Source: Antedon mediterranea
Lineage: Eukaryota > Animalia > Echinodermata
Direction: 5' to 3'
Assembly: GCF_964355755.1 (NCBI RefSeq)
Contig: NC_092671.1
Location: 33,118,304 to 33,182,303, forward strand
DNA: 64,000 nt
Shown here: positions 25,826-37,926 of the stretch, piece after piece
How the letters are laid out: every line of letters starts with the position of its first letter
How positions within the stretch are numbered: position 1 is the first letter of the stretch
The notes under the pieces: generated by a model
What the model saw: only the letters and a program-made list of their open reading frames with translations
Database searches by the model: none
Told to the model about the DNA's origin: nothing
Translations under genes and position numbers: made by a program

Positions 25826-27107
25826 AGGGAAGGTCAAACCTGACTTCTTTTGCCACTCAGGCTATTACTTACAATAATATAATCTATTATAAACAACATT
25901 GACTATATTTAATAATCAGGTTTACAAGAAATTCGACGTTTATTACGACTACCTACACGAATTGAAAATCGCCATGTTGAACGGGCTGTGACGTATGATA
26001 CGTCCTTTGAAAGCTACGCTTGGCTGATCACCGTATAAGTAAATACAGTTTTTAAAATAAATCGACCCATTTAAAATGTTATTGAACGTTTGTTAAAGGC
26101 GGTTTTTAAAATATTTTTTGATGGAAATAAACTAAAATAGCACTAAAATATGTAATACCAAAATAAAAAAATCATTTTTTCAACCGGAGACGCAGTAATT
26201 TGGGTGGAAATCGAGATATATTTCGTCGGAATGAACGAATTTCGCTGATAGCTAAACAACCAACTACGCATGCGTTATGACCTATCTGCATGTTTTGTAA
26301 CTCTCTCTGGCATGGTGTACTACTGCTGTGAGCGTGTGTTGGGTACATGAGTCTTAATTTTGGTGTGTGTACTGCTGTCGATTGTCGTTTTTTATCAACT
26401 TTTCTCGCCAGAAAGAAAGTATGGAATCCCTTTGCGACAGTTATGGTTACGGGTGTGAGCCTGAATATACAGAGAGCGAATTAGTTGCTCGTAGCTTAAA
26501 TAGAGACAGGTTGAACGAAATGGATAAAAATTCGCGTGTAAACCAGTCGGTTGATAAATGGTGTACATGCGGCCTGTGTGTAAGAAAACATATAACCCTT
26601 TCCCATTGACGAACTCGATCTATTTGTACAGCCGATAGCTGTACAAAAGACCATTTATACAATTAACTATTTAAAATCACAAAAAAAGATGAAGAACAAA
26701 GCGTAAAATGTATACAGTACTGTCAAAGAGATTACTAAAGAGGTGTAGATTTGTTTTATTCGCGAACACCAATGAACAATAAAACAACCTGGAACCACGC
26801 GCTCTTCTCGCTCCTCGCTTGACTGCTCGCTGGGTCACCGATTTCAGCCAATCAATGTAAGGGATTAGATTAACCAATCATAGCATACCTATACAACCGC
26901 GAGGCTTAAATTCGACAAAGGACGTATCTGACGTCATAAATAAGCTGTAAGAGCATAAGATGGCGATTTTCAATTCAGGAAAAGTCAGCATTAAAATCTC
27001 GTTTTCTCAATAACTACAACTCGTACAAAATTGAATTATATACTGATAGTTTGTTCAATTAATGAAGGATTCATGGTTAAAAGATAAAATTAGGCTTGAC
27101 CTTCCCT
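25826..27107 (+). mobile_element. Non-autonomous Kolobok DNA transposon (1282 bp)
   Basis: TTAA TSD (25822-25, 27108-11); TIRs agggaaggtcaaacct / aggcttgaccttccct starting with RR; subterminal IRs attgaaaatcgccat / atggcgattttcaat and tgacgtatgatacgtcctttg / caaaggacgtatctgacgtca. Confidence 0.88.
26421..26609 (+). pseudogene. Truncated KolX / P2X7-C-terminal-like Cys-rich ORF inside the Kolobok
   Basis: MESLCDSYGYGCEPEYTESEL...RVNQSVDKWCTCGLC; the EPEYTxxEL and WCxCGxC motifs are typical of P2X7-like intracellular-domain proteins. Truncated after the first Cys cluster. Confidence 0.65.
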
Positions 27108-27942
27108 TTAATAATGGGAATTTGTAAACTCGGACTGAGCATGCGCACATCCCAAATCACGTCATGGACAAGAGACACAGTCACGCGAGATTTTCCGTTT
27201 TAACGGCCCATGCACATTACACGAACTAACGACGACGTAACCAAATAGAGCATTTCATGCTGATGCTGCGTTTATCAATATTAAAAATAAGAGATTTTAT
27301 ATTTTGGTTTATCTGTGGCTGCGACACCATCAGTTTCACGCCCCTTAAAAAGAAACCGCGGAGAATATGTACATTGTACTGTTATGTTGGTATTTGTAGA
27401 TCAACGGACTCGAGTTCCTATCTTCGCAAGGTTGCTTCTAGTGATATGTAGATTATTCACCTATATTTTCTTCGTGTCTTTTATATTTTACTAAATATTT
27501 AGCAACAGTCGTATTTTACTGGGTAGGTTACAAAGGTATTCGCAATCTGTGGGTTTGACGTAGAGAACCGTTTTATCTTACTGCTAGGCCTGCTATGTCT
27601 GACATTCGATTCACCATTCTCTTTTACCTTTTAGAATTATTTCAATATAGAGAGATGCAATTGATATAGAAAAGTCAATTTTAATTATGTCTTTGAACAT
27701 TTACATATTCGAAATAATCGTCTAAAATAGTGTTATCAATCATCAAATAAGCGCTTTAACGTCACATTATGAGCATAACTATATTTCAGAATATTTTGTA
27801 TGCGAACTTTTTAACCTGATGGCATGTGTGAACCGTAGTTAATGTGTTGGGTTCCAAAGTGTAGTAACAATAAATTTTATTGCTACAGTTGAAGTGTGAA
27901 TGCCCTAATTCCTCACACGTCTTAGCATCATGTACTATTTAA

Positions 27943-28232
27943 AGCCGATTTTCCACTAGGCGAATTAGTTCGCGCGAATCCAACGTTGCGATTTTCGATT
28001 CTTTTGAGTGCCCAAGAACGCGTCATAGCTCATATCCTGAGCTTTGATTGACTGAGAAATGTTTCGCCTCGCAAAAATTCGAACTACCAATTTCGCTGAT
28101 GCGAAAAACTCAAGGAGCTAGAATTCGTCGCAGAGAGAGGGATTTGGAGGATGGAAACATGAATACGTATGCGTATAAGCTGACGCTTTCGATGCGCGCG
28201 CGTGAACAATTTCGCTCAGTGGAAAATCAGCA
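27943..28232. mobile_element. MITE (~290 bp, Harbinger-like)
   Basis: TIRs agccgattttccactaggcgaa / ttcgctcagtggaaaatcagc; preceded by TAA. Confidence 0.7.
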
Positions 28233-30640
28233 TTTTGTATGATCCAGCAAAAGAGGTAACACACGCCCGGTTGTAATTATTATTATAGAGCTTTCAATTT
28301 GCAACAACTTACGTAGTTAGATGCAGATGTTGGGTTGCAAAACTTCCTAATTTTACAAATGCGCGGACTTACTTGATTACTTCTTGTTCCGAAGGTACAT
28401 CTTCATGTCGTGATTTCCCATTGACATATATTTATCTATAATTGTTGCATTCATTGCATACCGTAATAATCTATACCTTTCAACACAATGTTGAACACAA
28501 CACCAGTGTACGAGAGTACTAGATGAAATATGTAATTTATCCAAATGTACAATTTAATTGCTAAATATTTATGTATGTGAAAACCAAAACAATTGCAGTT
28601 TTCTGATCTTGAGGCAGTGAAAGCCATTCTATAAAGACACCTTTAGTTGAGATTAATACAAACAAATACAATAGTAATTTAACCACCCTGAATCATACAT
28701 TCCTCTATGTAATCAATTCCATTAAAATTGATTGCATGTTACCATTGATTAGCTTACGAAAAGATATAATGTACGTAGGCCTGGTGTTAAGAAAATTTAG
28801 TAGTAGTTTAGTAATGTTGGCTAATCAACGTTTTCAAAACGAGCGTCTATTTATTTGCAAAAGGATAGGCCTAAGTTACCTACTTGATGTAATCTTAATT
28901 ATTGTGTATATTAAAACACGTTTTGCAGTTACCGTAGGCCTATACAATTAGGTCTAAAGCGTGCCACAATTTTGTTCTAACAATTAAAATCAAAGGTTTT
29001 GGAAAAAAGAACAAAACAAATGTTTTCTTAATTCATGGAGTCTCAATCTATGGCACAATAATAACTTGCACTTTATAATTCGCGAATATGTAAAGTCATG
29101 GATAGAACAAAAAGTATGAATGTTACACTCATCCATGCACAGTATCAATTTCATCACGCTTAGTAAAACGCATTAATGCAATTAGTCAACGCATTGATGC
29201 TGTTGTTGTAACTCTGCGAACGCATTTATTCTGTTGTAACCAAACCGTTGCGAATTATTTCTTGTATGAATCACTTTTGGTAATAGTCGACTGATCTGTT
29301 TGAAAGTTTAATGGAGTCAGAGTCAGTCGCCTTTATTCATCCTAAATTTGGAAATTAAACTAACAGAATATATACCTCTATAAAACAGCACAACACATTT
29401 TAATGTATTAAGTTTACCAATAAGTTACATAACGTTGTGTCCGTCCACATGTTGTGTTTCAAATTTTGAAATTCACTTGTTTTATTGCCTCAATTTACGT
29501 TATTTTTATACGTCATTTAATTTCAAAATGTAAGATTTTACAAATGTGTAATCCCACGAGAGAAGAACATTAACTGAACATAATCAGAAGGGACTGGGAA
29601 TTCTAGCTTTTATTCTGAATAATAACCAATAACCATTTTAGATTATTTAATCCTGTTTATTATATGATTTATGATCTATTGATAAAGCCTAATTGTCCCA
29701 ACGGAAGAGGCCTGGTCGACGCTTCTTTTAAGCTACGCGAGACGCGCTGAACGATAAACGTCTCGTCCAGTGTTGTCAGGCCCGGGTGCGCGGCCCGGGT
29801 TCCCAACGTGAAATGGCACAGTAGGCCTACTCGGTCGATGATCTTACTAAATATTAGTTTCCCGGCAACAGAAGAGTACTATGATTAGGGGATGTCGCAA
29901 GACAAAGACATACGTCGAGTTACGGTAAATTTCCAAAGTAAAATCTAACTGCAGATATACAGTCAAAATGTCGGATGTATTATGATTTTTAGATCCAACG
30001 ATATTATATAGATAGCTAGATGTTTACGATCAATATGTCATATTATAGAGACCTATTTATTCGAATTGTTAGGGCGGAAAGTTTAAAGGTTTGCATGGCG
30101 AATAAACAAGTTAAATTTGTTTTGCTGTAGAATTGAGAATGTCTCGTAGTGTCTGTTATGTAATAAAACCGTCGTATTTTTTAAATATTTTTTTTAGTTT
30201 CCCTTTTTTCTATTTTTTTCTTTTATTTCTGTATTTTTTTTCCTTTTCTGTAATCGTTTATTTTTTTCTTCTGTTCTTCACTTTCTCAATTTTTGCTTTC
30301 ATTTTTATTCATATTATTTTTTTCTTTTATATTTATTATATATTTTTTTATCTTTTCTTTCTTTTCACTTTTTTTTTTAAACATTTTTTTTCTTATCTTT
30401 AATCTTACTAATCTGGAAAATGTCATTCTATTCAAGTTACGTTTTTTGTTTTCTCTTTATCCTTTCTTTTGTTTTCTTTTTTATTGACTTTTTATTTACT
30501 AAATCTTGACAATTTCAAGCCATTCAAATTAAAATTAAGATGCCTCGTGGTTTCGGTTGTTATGTTTTTTCTTTTCCTTTTCTGTAAACCTTTTTTCTTT
30601 TCCTGTAATGGTTTTTTCTTCTTTATTTTATTCTTCTTTC

Positions 30641-31385
30641 TTTTTAGTCGCGTGGAAGCGACTCTATAGTTCACTATGTCGGTCGGTTGGTCGGTCTGTC
30701 TGTCTGTCGGTCTGTCTGTCGGTCTGTCTGTCTGTCTGTCGGTCCGGTATCACTATGCGTTTTATCGCTTTATGACCTTATCTTGATATCAGTTTACTCT
30801 AGCTAAGTCAATTTTTCACAGAATATTCCTTATGGCCAGGAATCGATGTGGTTATGTTTTCACGGTGCGCAATAAAAAATTACGCGGTCTACGCACTATT
30901 TAACGAAATCACGTTTGTAATCATTATCTTAACAACCATGAATCACAATTAAATAAAATTTGGTACTCATAAATTTCAGGGCATAAATCATCATATGGCA
31001 ATACAATTACGTGCGTAGCGCATGTAACGCATGCGTACGCGCGCTTAAAATTTTAAAAATTTATTTTCGATGAAATAAGAGTACGTGAGTGCGCAGATTT
31101 TTGCGCGCGCACTGCGCGTTAAATGTTATTGCGCACTCCTTTTGCCCGATTTCTGTTTTCTTGACTTACTTTTCAACTCGAAATTACGTTATACGAGCAC
31201 GTCAAAAGTGACAGGCTACGCACGTGTAAATTAAAAAAATATAAATGTTTTTAAACATTTCAACATTTTTAAACATGTTCAGTAATTTCGGTCAGTATAG
31301 TTCACTATGTCGGTCGGTCCGTCTGTCTGTCGGTCCGGTATCACTATGCATTGTAGCACGCGACTTTATGGCTGTTGGCCTTGTT
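30641..31385 (+). mobile_element. HINE family B long copy (DINE-1-like structure)
   Basis: 5' T-run plus hairpin agtcgc-gtggaa-gcgact, (GTCG/GTCT)n microsatellite, 3' subterminal IR cacgcgact (31357-65), small hairpin and TT. Interior ~30778-31225 is homologous to the family A interior. Confidence 0.85.
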
Positions 31386-33470
31386 CTTAATTATTTCCCT
31401 TTTCTGTGAGATCTACTGTAGGCCTATACCATCATATTGCACATTTCATAAAACAATGTATTCCAAAAGTTACACTGACTATTATTTTCTTTTTTATGGC
31501 GTATTACAATTTTCGTAAACGTGGTTACATAGGTAGCAATTCCAAAAATGTTATTAAAAAATCGATAGATGCGCAATTTATTGGATTTCTTTTTTATTAA
31601 AAATATAAATTGTTGATAATAAAATCATGAAAAATAAAGATTTATAAATCTGAATTTTAATAGCCCATTTTGCAGTCAGTTTTTTCAGCATTTCATCAAA
31701 TTTTTGGTCAGAGTGAATATCTATTATGGGACATTAAAATGGCATATTAAACAAATATATTATTTTTTCAGTAGACAATATATCTTTAAGGCAGCTATCT
31801 TTTATTATAAATATAAAAATTCATAACAAAACGTTGAAACCTTACCAATCAATAAAGTTTAATCGCTGATAATCTATATTATTTGCCTATTGGTAAAAGC
31901 CGTATAGATTAACCGTTAGTATCTTTGCTTATGCTATAACGCAATATTCAAAGTCACAAAGCGATAGTTACGGTTCAGACATATCGACAGTATAAATCAG
32001 ATTTTAATTCTAAAGAAATAAGGCAATCCTTTGCCCTTTTTTGCTAATGACCGCCCTGAGTGTGTTTGAACTTTGGCTTTACAGGCCTCAAATTATCAGG
32101 AAGAAGAGCATAAACTTCCTTACATTACCAGAGCAATTATCACTTGGTAATTGCAATGTTAAAATAAAAATGCGACATAAACGGTGTTCTTGTCCATTTA
32201 TAGTAATGCATTAACGATTTATCTGCTTCTGTTACGTCTGTTACGAGATCCTTAAAGCAATTCTCGTAGTAGAAATAACTTTGACACCTGTCCATCTATG
32301 TCAGAAAGTCAGTTTTACTGCTCATATTCTATCAATTTGAATAGAAATGCACTGTTTGATATGAAGTGGAAAAGAGCACGTTTTTTAGCACAGTTTCATG
32401 CTTCCGGCCATTTCGTCTGTAATAACATTTAACCGTTTAAAGTTCAACGTATATACCCGTTAGCCTACTAGTATACAGAACGCGGGACAGAACGCTATTC
32501 ACTATTTATAAATTGTGTCACGAATCGTATTAACTTTTTGAAGCATGATAGGTGGTATAGTGTTTGGTAAACTTGTCCGCATGACACCCCCACATTGATG
32601 TGTGGAATGTGTGATGTTGCACTGAGGACTGTGTAAAATTAAGTTATAGACATACACAGGCTCACTATTTCTGCTGCATAGGTTAGACTACTGTAACTTA
32701 ATATTTAAAAAAATCATGTCTATACTAGAAAGTCTTCAGAATGTGAAAATGCCTGGTTAATATACCAGGTACCACACATCCATAGCCAGAGGGGTACACC
32801 CCACACACAAACTTCAGGAAAATTGTTTTCATCTACTAGACTAGGCCTAAATCAATATTTTATTCACTTTATTTACGCTCGCACTTTCACCATTTTGCGG
32901 TGAAAAGATCTCCTTTAGAAGGTACCAATCGTGAGTACTTTATGACTTATACTTTTACAACTGTTACTCATGTGTTTAATTGTATCTATATATAAAGTAT
33001 GGTTAATTCTGACATAGGCGAGCACAATGGAAAAACTTCGGTATAAATCTCCGCCTTGGATACCTACCTTATGTATCTTAGATGTACCGCGAAACGTAGA
33101 TTTGATAACATTAGTTTTCAGTACTACGCTATTGTTCCATATTTCTATCTTAGGAAGATATTATAAATGGTTTTATAACAACATTTTTTATTTCATCAGT
33201 ATATTTTCAATTCAATTTCAATTGTACGCGGGTCGGAGTAATTTCCGGGTTCACGATAAGTTCACATGTTCATCTTGCAACTTCCTGGTTTCAACTAAGT
33301 TGGCTGTTAGTGGCTACAATAGCCATTTTAGTTTTTTGTTTATTTTCGGATCGGACCGTCATAAACCATCGGAATATAATTTATTGTGGGGAATAGTATT
33401 ATAAAATTACATAGGGAGATCTGATGATATTATTAGGATGACATTTATTTTAATAAACGCCTAAAAAAAA

Positions 33471-33770
33471 CATCACTTTGAATAATAATCGCCAACCACC
33501 ACATCACCGCCCCCCCCCCCCACAAATCCAAATATCTACTAAAACGCCCATCCACAATTATACACACAATGTTGTATTATACTTATAGTAACACAATGAT
33601 ACTATTTGTAGTAGAATTCATCGCACTGTTGTCTACAATTTACCAAGCATTTGACATTTATTTTAATAAACGATAATACATCACTTTGAATAATAATCGC
33701 CCCTCCCCCAACCCAACTATCTAATAAACGCCCATCCACATTTATACACACAATATTATATATATATATA
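33471..33770. repeat. Local duplication of ~140 bp; the second copy is interrupted by a solo LTR and a tRNA-bearing insert
   Basis: catcactttgaataataatcgcc...cgcccatccaca at about 33471 and 33679; tail ttatagtaacacaatgatactatttg at about 33583 and 34409. Confidence 0.8.
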
Positions 33771-34170
33771 TGTAGCAGGTCACTCACTCTCCTGGAATTC
33801 ATGTTGTTTTCCATATTAACTAATGTAGACTATAGACCTGTGCTGTAACCACTTAAAGGTGTCAACTCTTAATAATTAAGTGCCTTAATTCTATGGAATT
33901 GGTATCTAATAATTACTTGGGTGTGACCTTAATGGATATACCAGCTCTTGGGAGGGGATAAGGAGGGTCACTGAACTGATAAGTCACCTCACTGGGCTAC
34001 TCCTTAAATAGTCGTGTATATTCTGTAATTTTTAGATTAGCACAATTTGGAAATAACTTGAACTGATAGCTACAACTTAATCACTCTCTGTGTACCTGTA
34101 TATAGTGTAAATAAAGTACCATTGAGAGAATTTAACAACAGTCTGTGTCATTTATATAAAGAGTGCTACA
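33771..34170 (+). mobile_element. Solo LTR (400 bp)
   Basis: TG...CA ends with 7-bp IR tgtagca/tgctaca, TATA-like ttaaata (~34004), AATAAA (~34110); inserted in a (TA)n tract; absent from the paralogous copy at ~33575. Confidence 0.75.
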
Positions 34171-34227
34171 TATATATATTTATAGTAAAGAGTCGCTATC
34201 CAATCGAGTTTGAACAATACCATGAAA

Positions 34228-34299
34228 GCCCCAGTGGTCTAATGGTTAGGACATCTGCATATCAAGCAGGCGGTCCGAGCTCGAGTCTCAGTTGAGGCG
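34228..34299 (+). pseudogene. tRNA-like cloverleaf (Asp-like, anticodon ATC) inside a 219-bp insertion at 34189-34407
   Basis: GCCCCAG/TTGAGGC acceptor with one mismatch, D arm GTCT-AATGGTT-AGGAC, anticodon arm TCTGC-ATATCAA-GCAGG, T loop CTCGAGT (TTC mutated), T5 downstream. The insertion is flanked by the direct repeat tttatagtaa. Confidence 0.7.
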
Positions 34300-37115
34300 A
34301 CTTTTTCTCATTCTCACAGATTTCCTCATCTTTATCGTTTCAAATTAATTAATTAAGTTTCAGTATATCACCGGGCGGTTTCGAATTAATGTTCATTGCC
34401 TAATGTGTTTATAGTAACACAATGATACTATTTGACAGAAAACATACAAGGAGAACGTCCTTTTTACACGAGTCATTATCATTCCGAGAACCATCGTCTA
34501 CAAAACAATAAGGCACCTATATATTATTTGAGGAATTTCTCGACGGTCTAATACTGTTAAAGATGTTAAATTTAACAAGAATATTTCTTACAAAAAACGC
34601 TGCTCGCTTATTGTTATTGCTAAGGTCAAGTCTGGGGGTCACTTCATTACGCCTAGATACTTCAAGTATCCTATTACAAACAAAAACTTCAATGGACTGT
34701 TTTGATAATAATTCAATGATTATCTGACAGCGAATTATATCATGGGACTCATAAATACCAGAATGCTTTGGGATTTGTCGTTAGACTCTTTTCTCAGCCG
34801 TTTTTGGATTCAACAGGTGGTACCAATAAATTATAGTGGAGTTTCCATTTTAACAAAAATGTCAAAGTGTAGTACTATAAAGCTGCTTGATTTCATCTAA
34901 TGAATGAGTCATCTCGTGTGACGTAGCGGGCTAGAGCAGCAGCGTGAAAATCAGAGATAATAAAAAGTGTTATTTTAAATATTATTATACGAGCATGGTT
35001 ATTATATTAGGCTTACTTCTGGTTGGTCAAATTATCGTTGCGTGTACGTCTTTGAGTTACGTCAGTATTGACATTTTAATGGCTGTTATGGATATAACTG
35101 GATCATCTATAGATCACTGACCACCTGCAATATAAATACTTTTCCTCCAGATTAGAAATAAATGCGTAATTGAAAAGAAAACATTTAAAATTAATCTGAG
35201 AAGGTGTTCTAATTGCATTTAAAAGAGAAACTACAACCTATCGATCAATCAAAACACACGCAACTAGGTACTGTGAATAGGTTATTAAACGCACTTTCAC
35301 TCACAAATCGCTTTTGTTGATTTACAGGCATCTAAATATGCTTAAATTGCTCCGTCAGCGAGTTTAAGAATCTATAAATAAATAGTGTTTTTTTTATTAT
35401 ACGAATTAAATGTGTTGTTTCGTCCGAATTTGTGTAATTACAATAATAGGATCAATGTAAATTGTTATTCATATGTTTGAGGTCAAATGTAATTTGATAA
35501 TGAGTAATTTTTTTTTTGTATTTTACCAATATGTCCTATGTATAAAAATGCTTACAAGATTTTATTTTAAATCTTTTTAGCAATTGTTAAAAAAAAATCA
35601 TTTTTTTTCAATTTGTGTTTGGTTTTATAGAATTTATTTTTTAAAATTATTATTCATATGTTTAACGTCTAGTTTAATTTGATATTCTTTTGGAACAATA
35701 AATATCTTTGATAATTCTTTCATCACATTTATTCACAGTTGAATCATCATCTTGCTGAAGCCAGTAGACCTTAACAAATATGTTGTTGCTACAATTACAT
35801 AAACACTTAATAATAAGTTTAGACTACAGTGCCTTTTAGCTTCCATATTCCCTTCCATAATTATTTTATTTAAAGTTTTTAGGCACATGACCAGGGATTA
35901 TCATTCATGCCTTGACTCGCTACAGTAACACAAATGGAACCGTTTTTCAGAAAAAAAACTCTATCAGAGTCTTTAATTGTACAGTAGAGATACCGGTACT
36001 ATATCTATCATTGGCCTAATTGACTTTCCTATGTATATTTTAGTCAATTTAAGCAAGGTTTCCTACACTTTATGTTTATTTCATATAATTGTACATAATG
36101 TTAAAAATGGTAATGATAAAGCCTGAACAAAAACAGAACCATTAGGCGGATCGAAAGCGTTGGTCCTAAATGCGTACTACTGTAATCGCTATTTCTATTA
36201 TACTTTTGGTGCGATTCGAAACACAAGCACTATCAAACGGAGTGCAGAAGTGTTTCTTTGCGCGAATAGATTCGTTGAAAAGCCTGTTTTTCACTAGCCG
36301 AAAGTATTCAACAGCGGTGGATTATGCGCATGCGTATTTGTTTTCTATCCACTTATTGTGATTCGCAACCAATCAGAGTAATGATAGATTCGCGAATACC
36401 GCTCACAAAAAAACGACCATTAAGTCATGGATTATAGCGCGACACGACATTATCAACAACATTAAAGGCAAACAAGCATCCTATTATGGTATTTAAAGCC
36501 AATGATTCCCTTATAATGATTTAAAAATGTTTTGAAATCCGAATAAGACATGGTCCAAATACGAAAATGGATACTATACTTTGCAGCTACTTAGGCGTCT
36601 TTGTGTGAGCATGCGTAATGGAGAGGTAACTTAACAAGCTTACTTAGCGGAGTACCGCAATGGCCAATCGAAGACGTAATAGAGGAGAGAAGTATTTGGT
36701 TATTTATTAGAGAAAGACGTAATAATTGGGGATGTCATTAAAGCTACGTAATCAAGTATTAATACTGTTAAGCTGGATAAGTAACATGTTGTTATGCTGC
36801 TAAGTTAAAATAGCACTTATTCGTGTTGCAAACATGCCAATGTATAATTTTAATACAGGATATCAAATTTGAAAACACGAACACAACAATAATTTGTACC
36901 GTGTTTTTCTCAAATCACAGAAAAAGAATGATGTCATGGTCATGTTTTATGAATTAATGTATGCATGTTAAATAAATAATTGCATAATGGAAGATTTTTA
37001 CCTATCGTGACATAAGATTAGGCCGAATTACTAAACTTTATCGACAACATAAAATGTATCACAATATTCCTATTTGACGTAATTGGTACACACATAAGGA
37101 TAAGGTAAACAATAA

Positions 37116-37273
37116 AGCTTGACTTTCACTAGGATGCAACGCAGAAACGTACGCACAACGCAAGTAATTTGGTCAATCACAATCAATTGATTACCGTATT
37201 CGATTCATTGGTCAACTTTACTTGCGTTGCGCTTACGTACCTTCTTGCGTTACGTTCTAACGGAAACCAAGCT
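37116..37273. mobile_element. MITE family 2 (palindromic, aacgcaag/cttgcgtt arms)
   Basis: Imperfect long IRs; homologous to 47879-48053 and fragments at ~48365-48460 and ~56546-56572. Confidence 0.7.
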
Positions 37274-37834
37274 AAGAAAATTTCCAAATGAATTAGCCAC
37301 CACAGAACAGCCTATTAAATAATTGCCGCGTCGCAGTCGAAACGCCGACATAATAAAAGCCACAAAGAACAAAGTTATGTTAGTAATCTACGGCAGTCAT
37401 ATCTTTTTTTCAATCTTGTTTTCATAGACAATCAACTTCATATTGAAGTTTCAATGAGGTTGTTACACCTTTTTGAAAAAACAAAATTAATCAAAAACAT
37501 AGTTCTAGCGATTAGATGACCTGATCCCAATAAGAACTCTAATCTCTTACTGTAATTTATTTTAACAAATGCTCTGAAGATGAAACGATACTTTTAACCA
37601 TATAAGTAACAACAGGTATAGATTAAAAATTGTATGGATGTTTTTGTAGCCGACATTTACATCCACACCACACGTAAACAGTAATTTACTAATGCGACGA
37701 AAATGATGTAGTGTGGTCGTATCACTCAGTTTGTGGAAATAAATTTACAAGTTACAAGGAACTCTGTTCTTCATCTTTATAAAGTTTGGTTTTACATGAA
37801 TTTTGATTTAAAATAAATTCAAAATGTTGTTGAC

Positions 37835-37926
37835 CGGTCGGTCGGTTGGTCGGTCGGTCGGTCGGTCAGTCGGTAAACACTAACTTGAGCACGCGACTGC
37901 AGCCATGTATTATGGCCTTGTTTTTT
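37835..37926 (+). mobile_element. HINE family B mini copy lacking its 5' end
   Basis: (GTCG)n-taaacactaacttgagcacgcgact-gcagccatgtattatggccttg-T run. Confidence 0.8.

Noticed and set aside
30133-30775. Phe-rich membrane-protein-like ORFs
   Set aside because: T-rich low-complexity DNA plus HINE microsatellite.
34228-34299. Functional tRNA gene
   Set aside because: T-loop TTC is mutated, stems are mismatched, the anticodon loop lacks the usual 5' pyrimidine, and it lies within an insertion; called a pseudogene.
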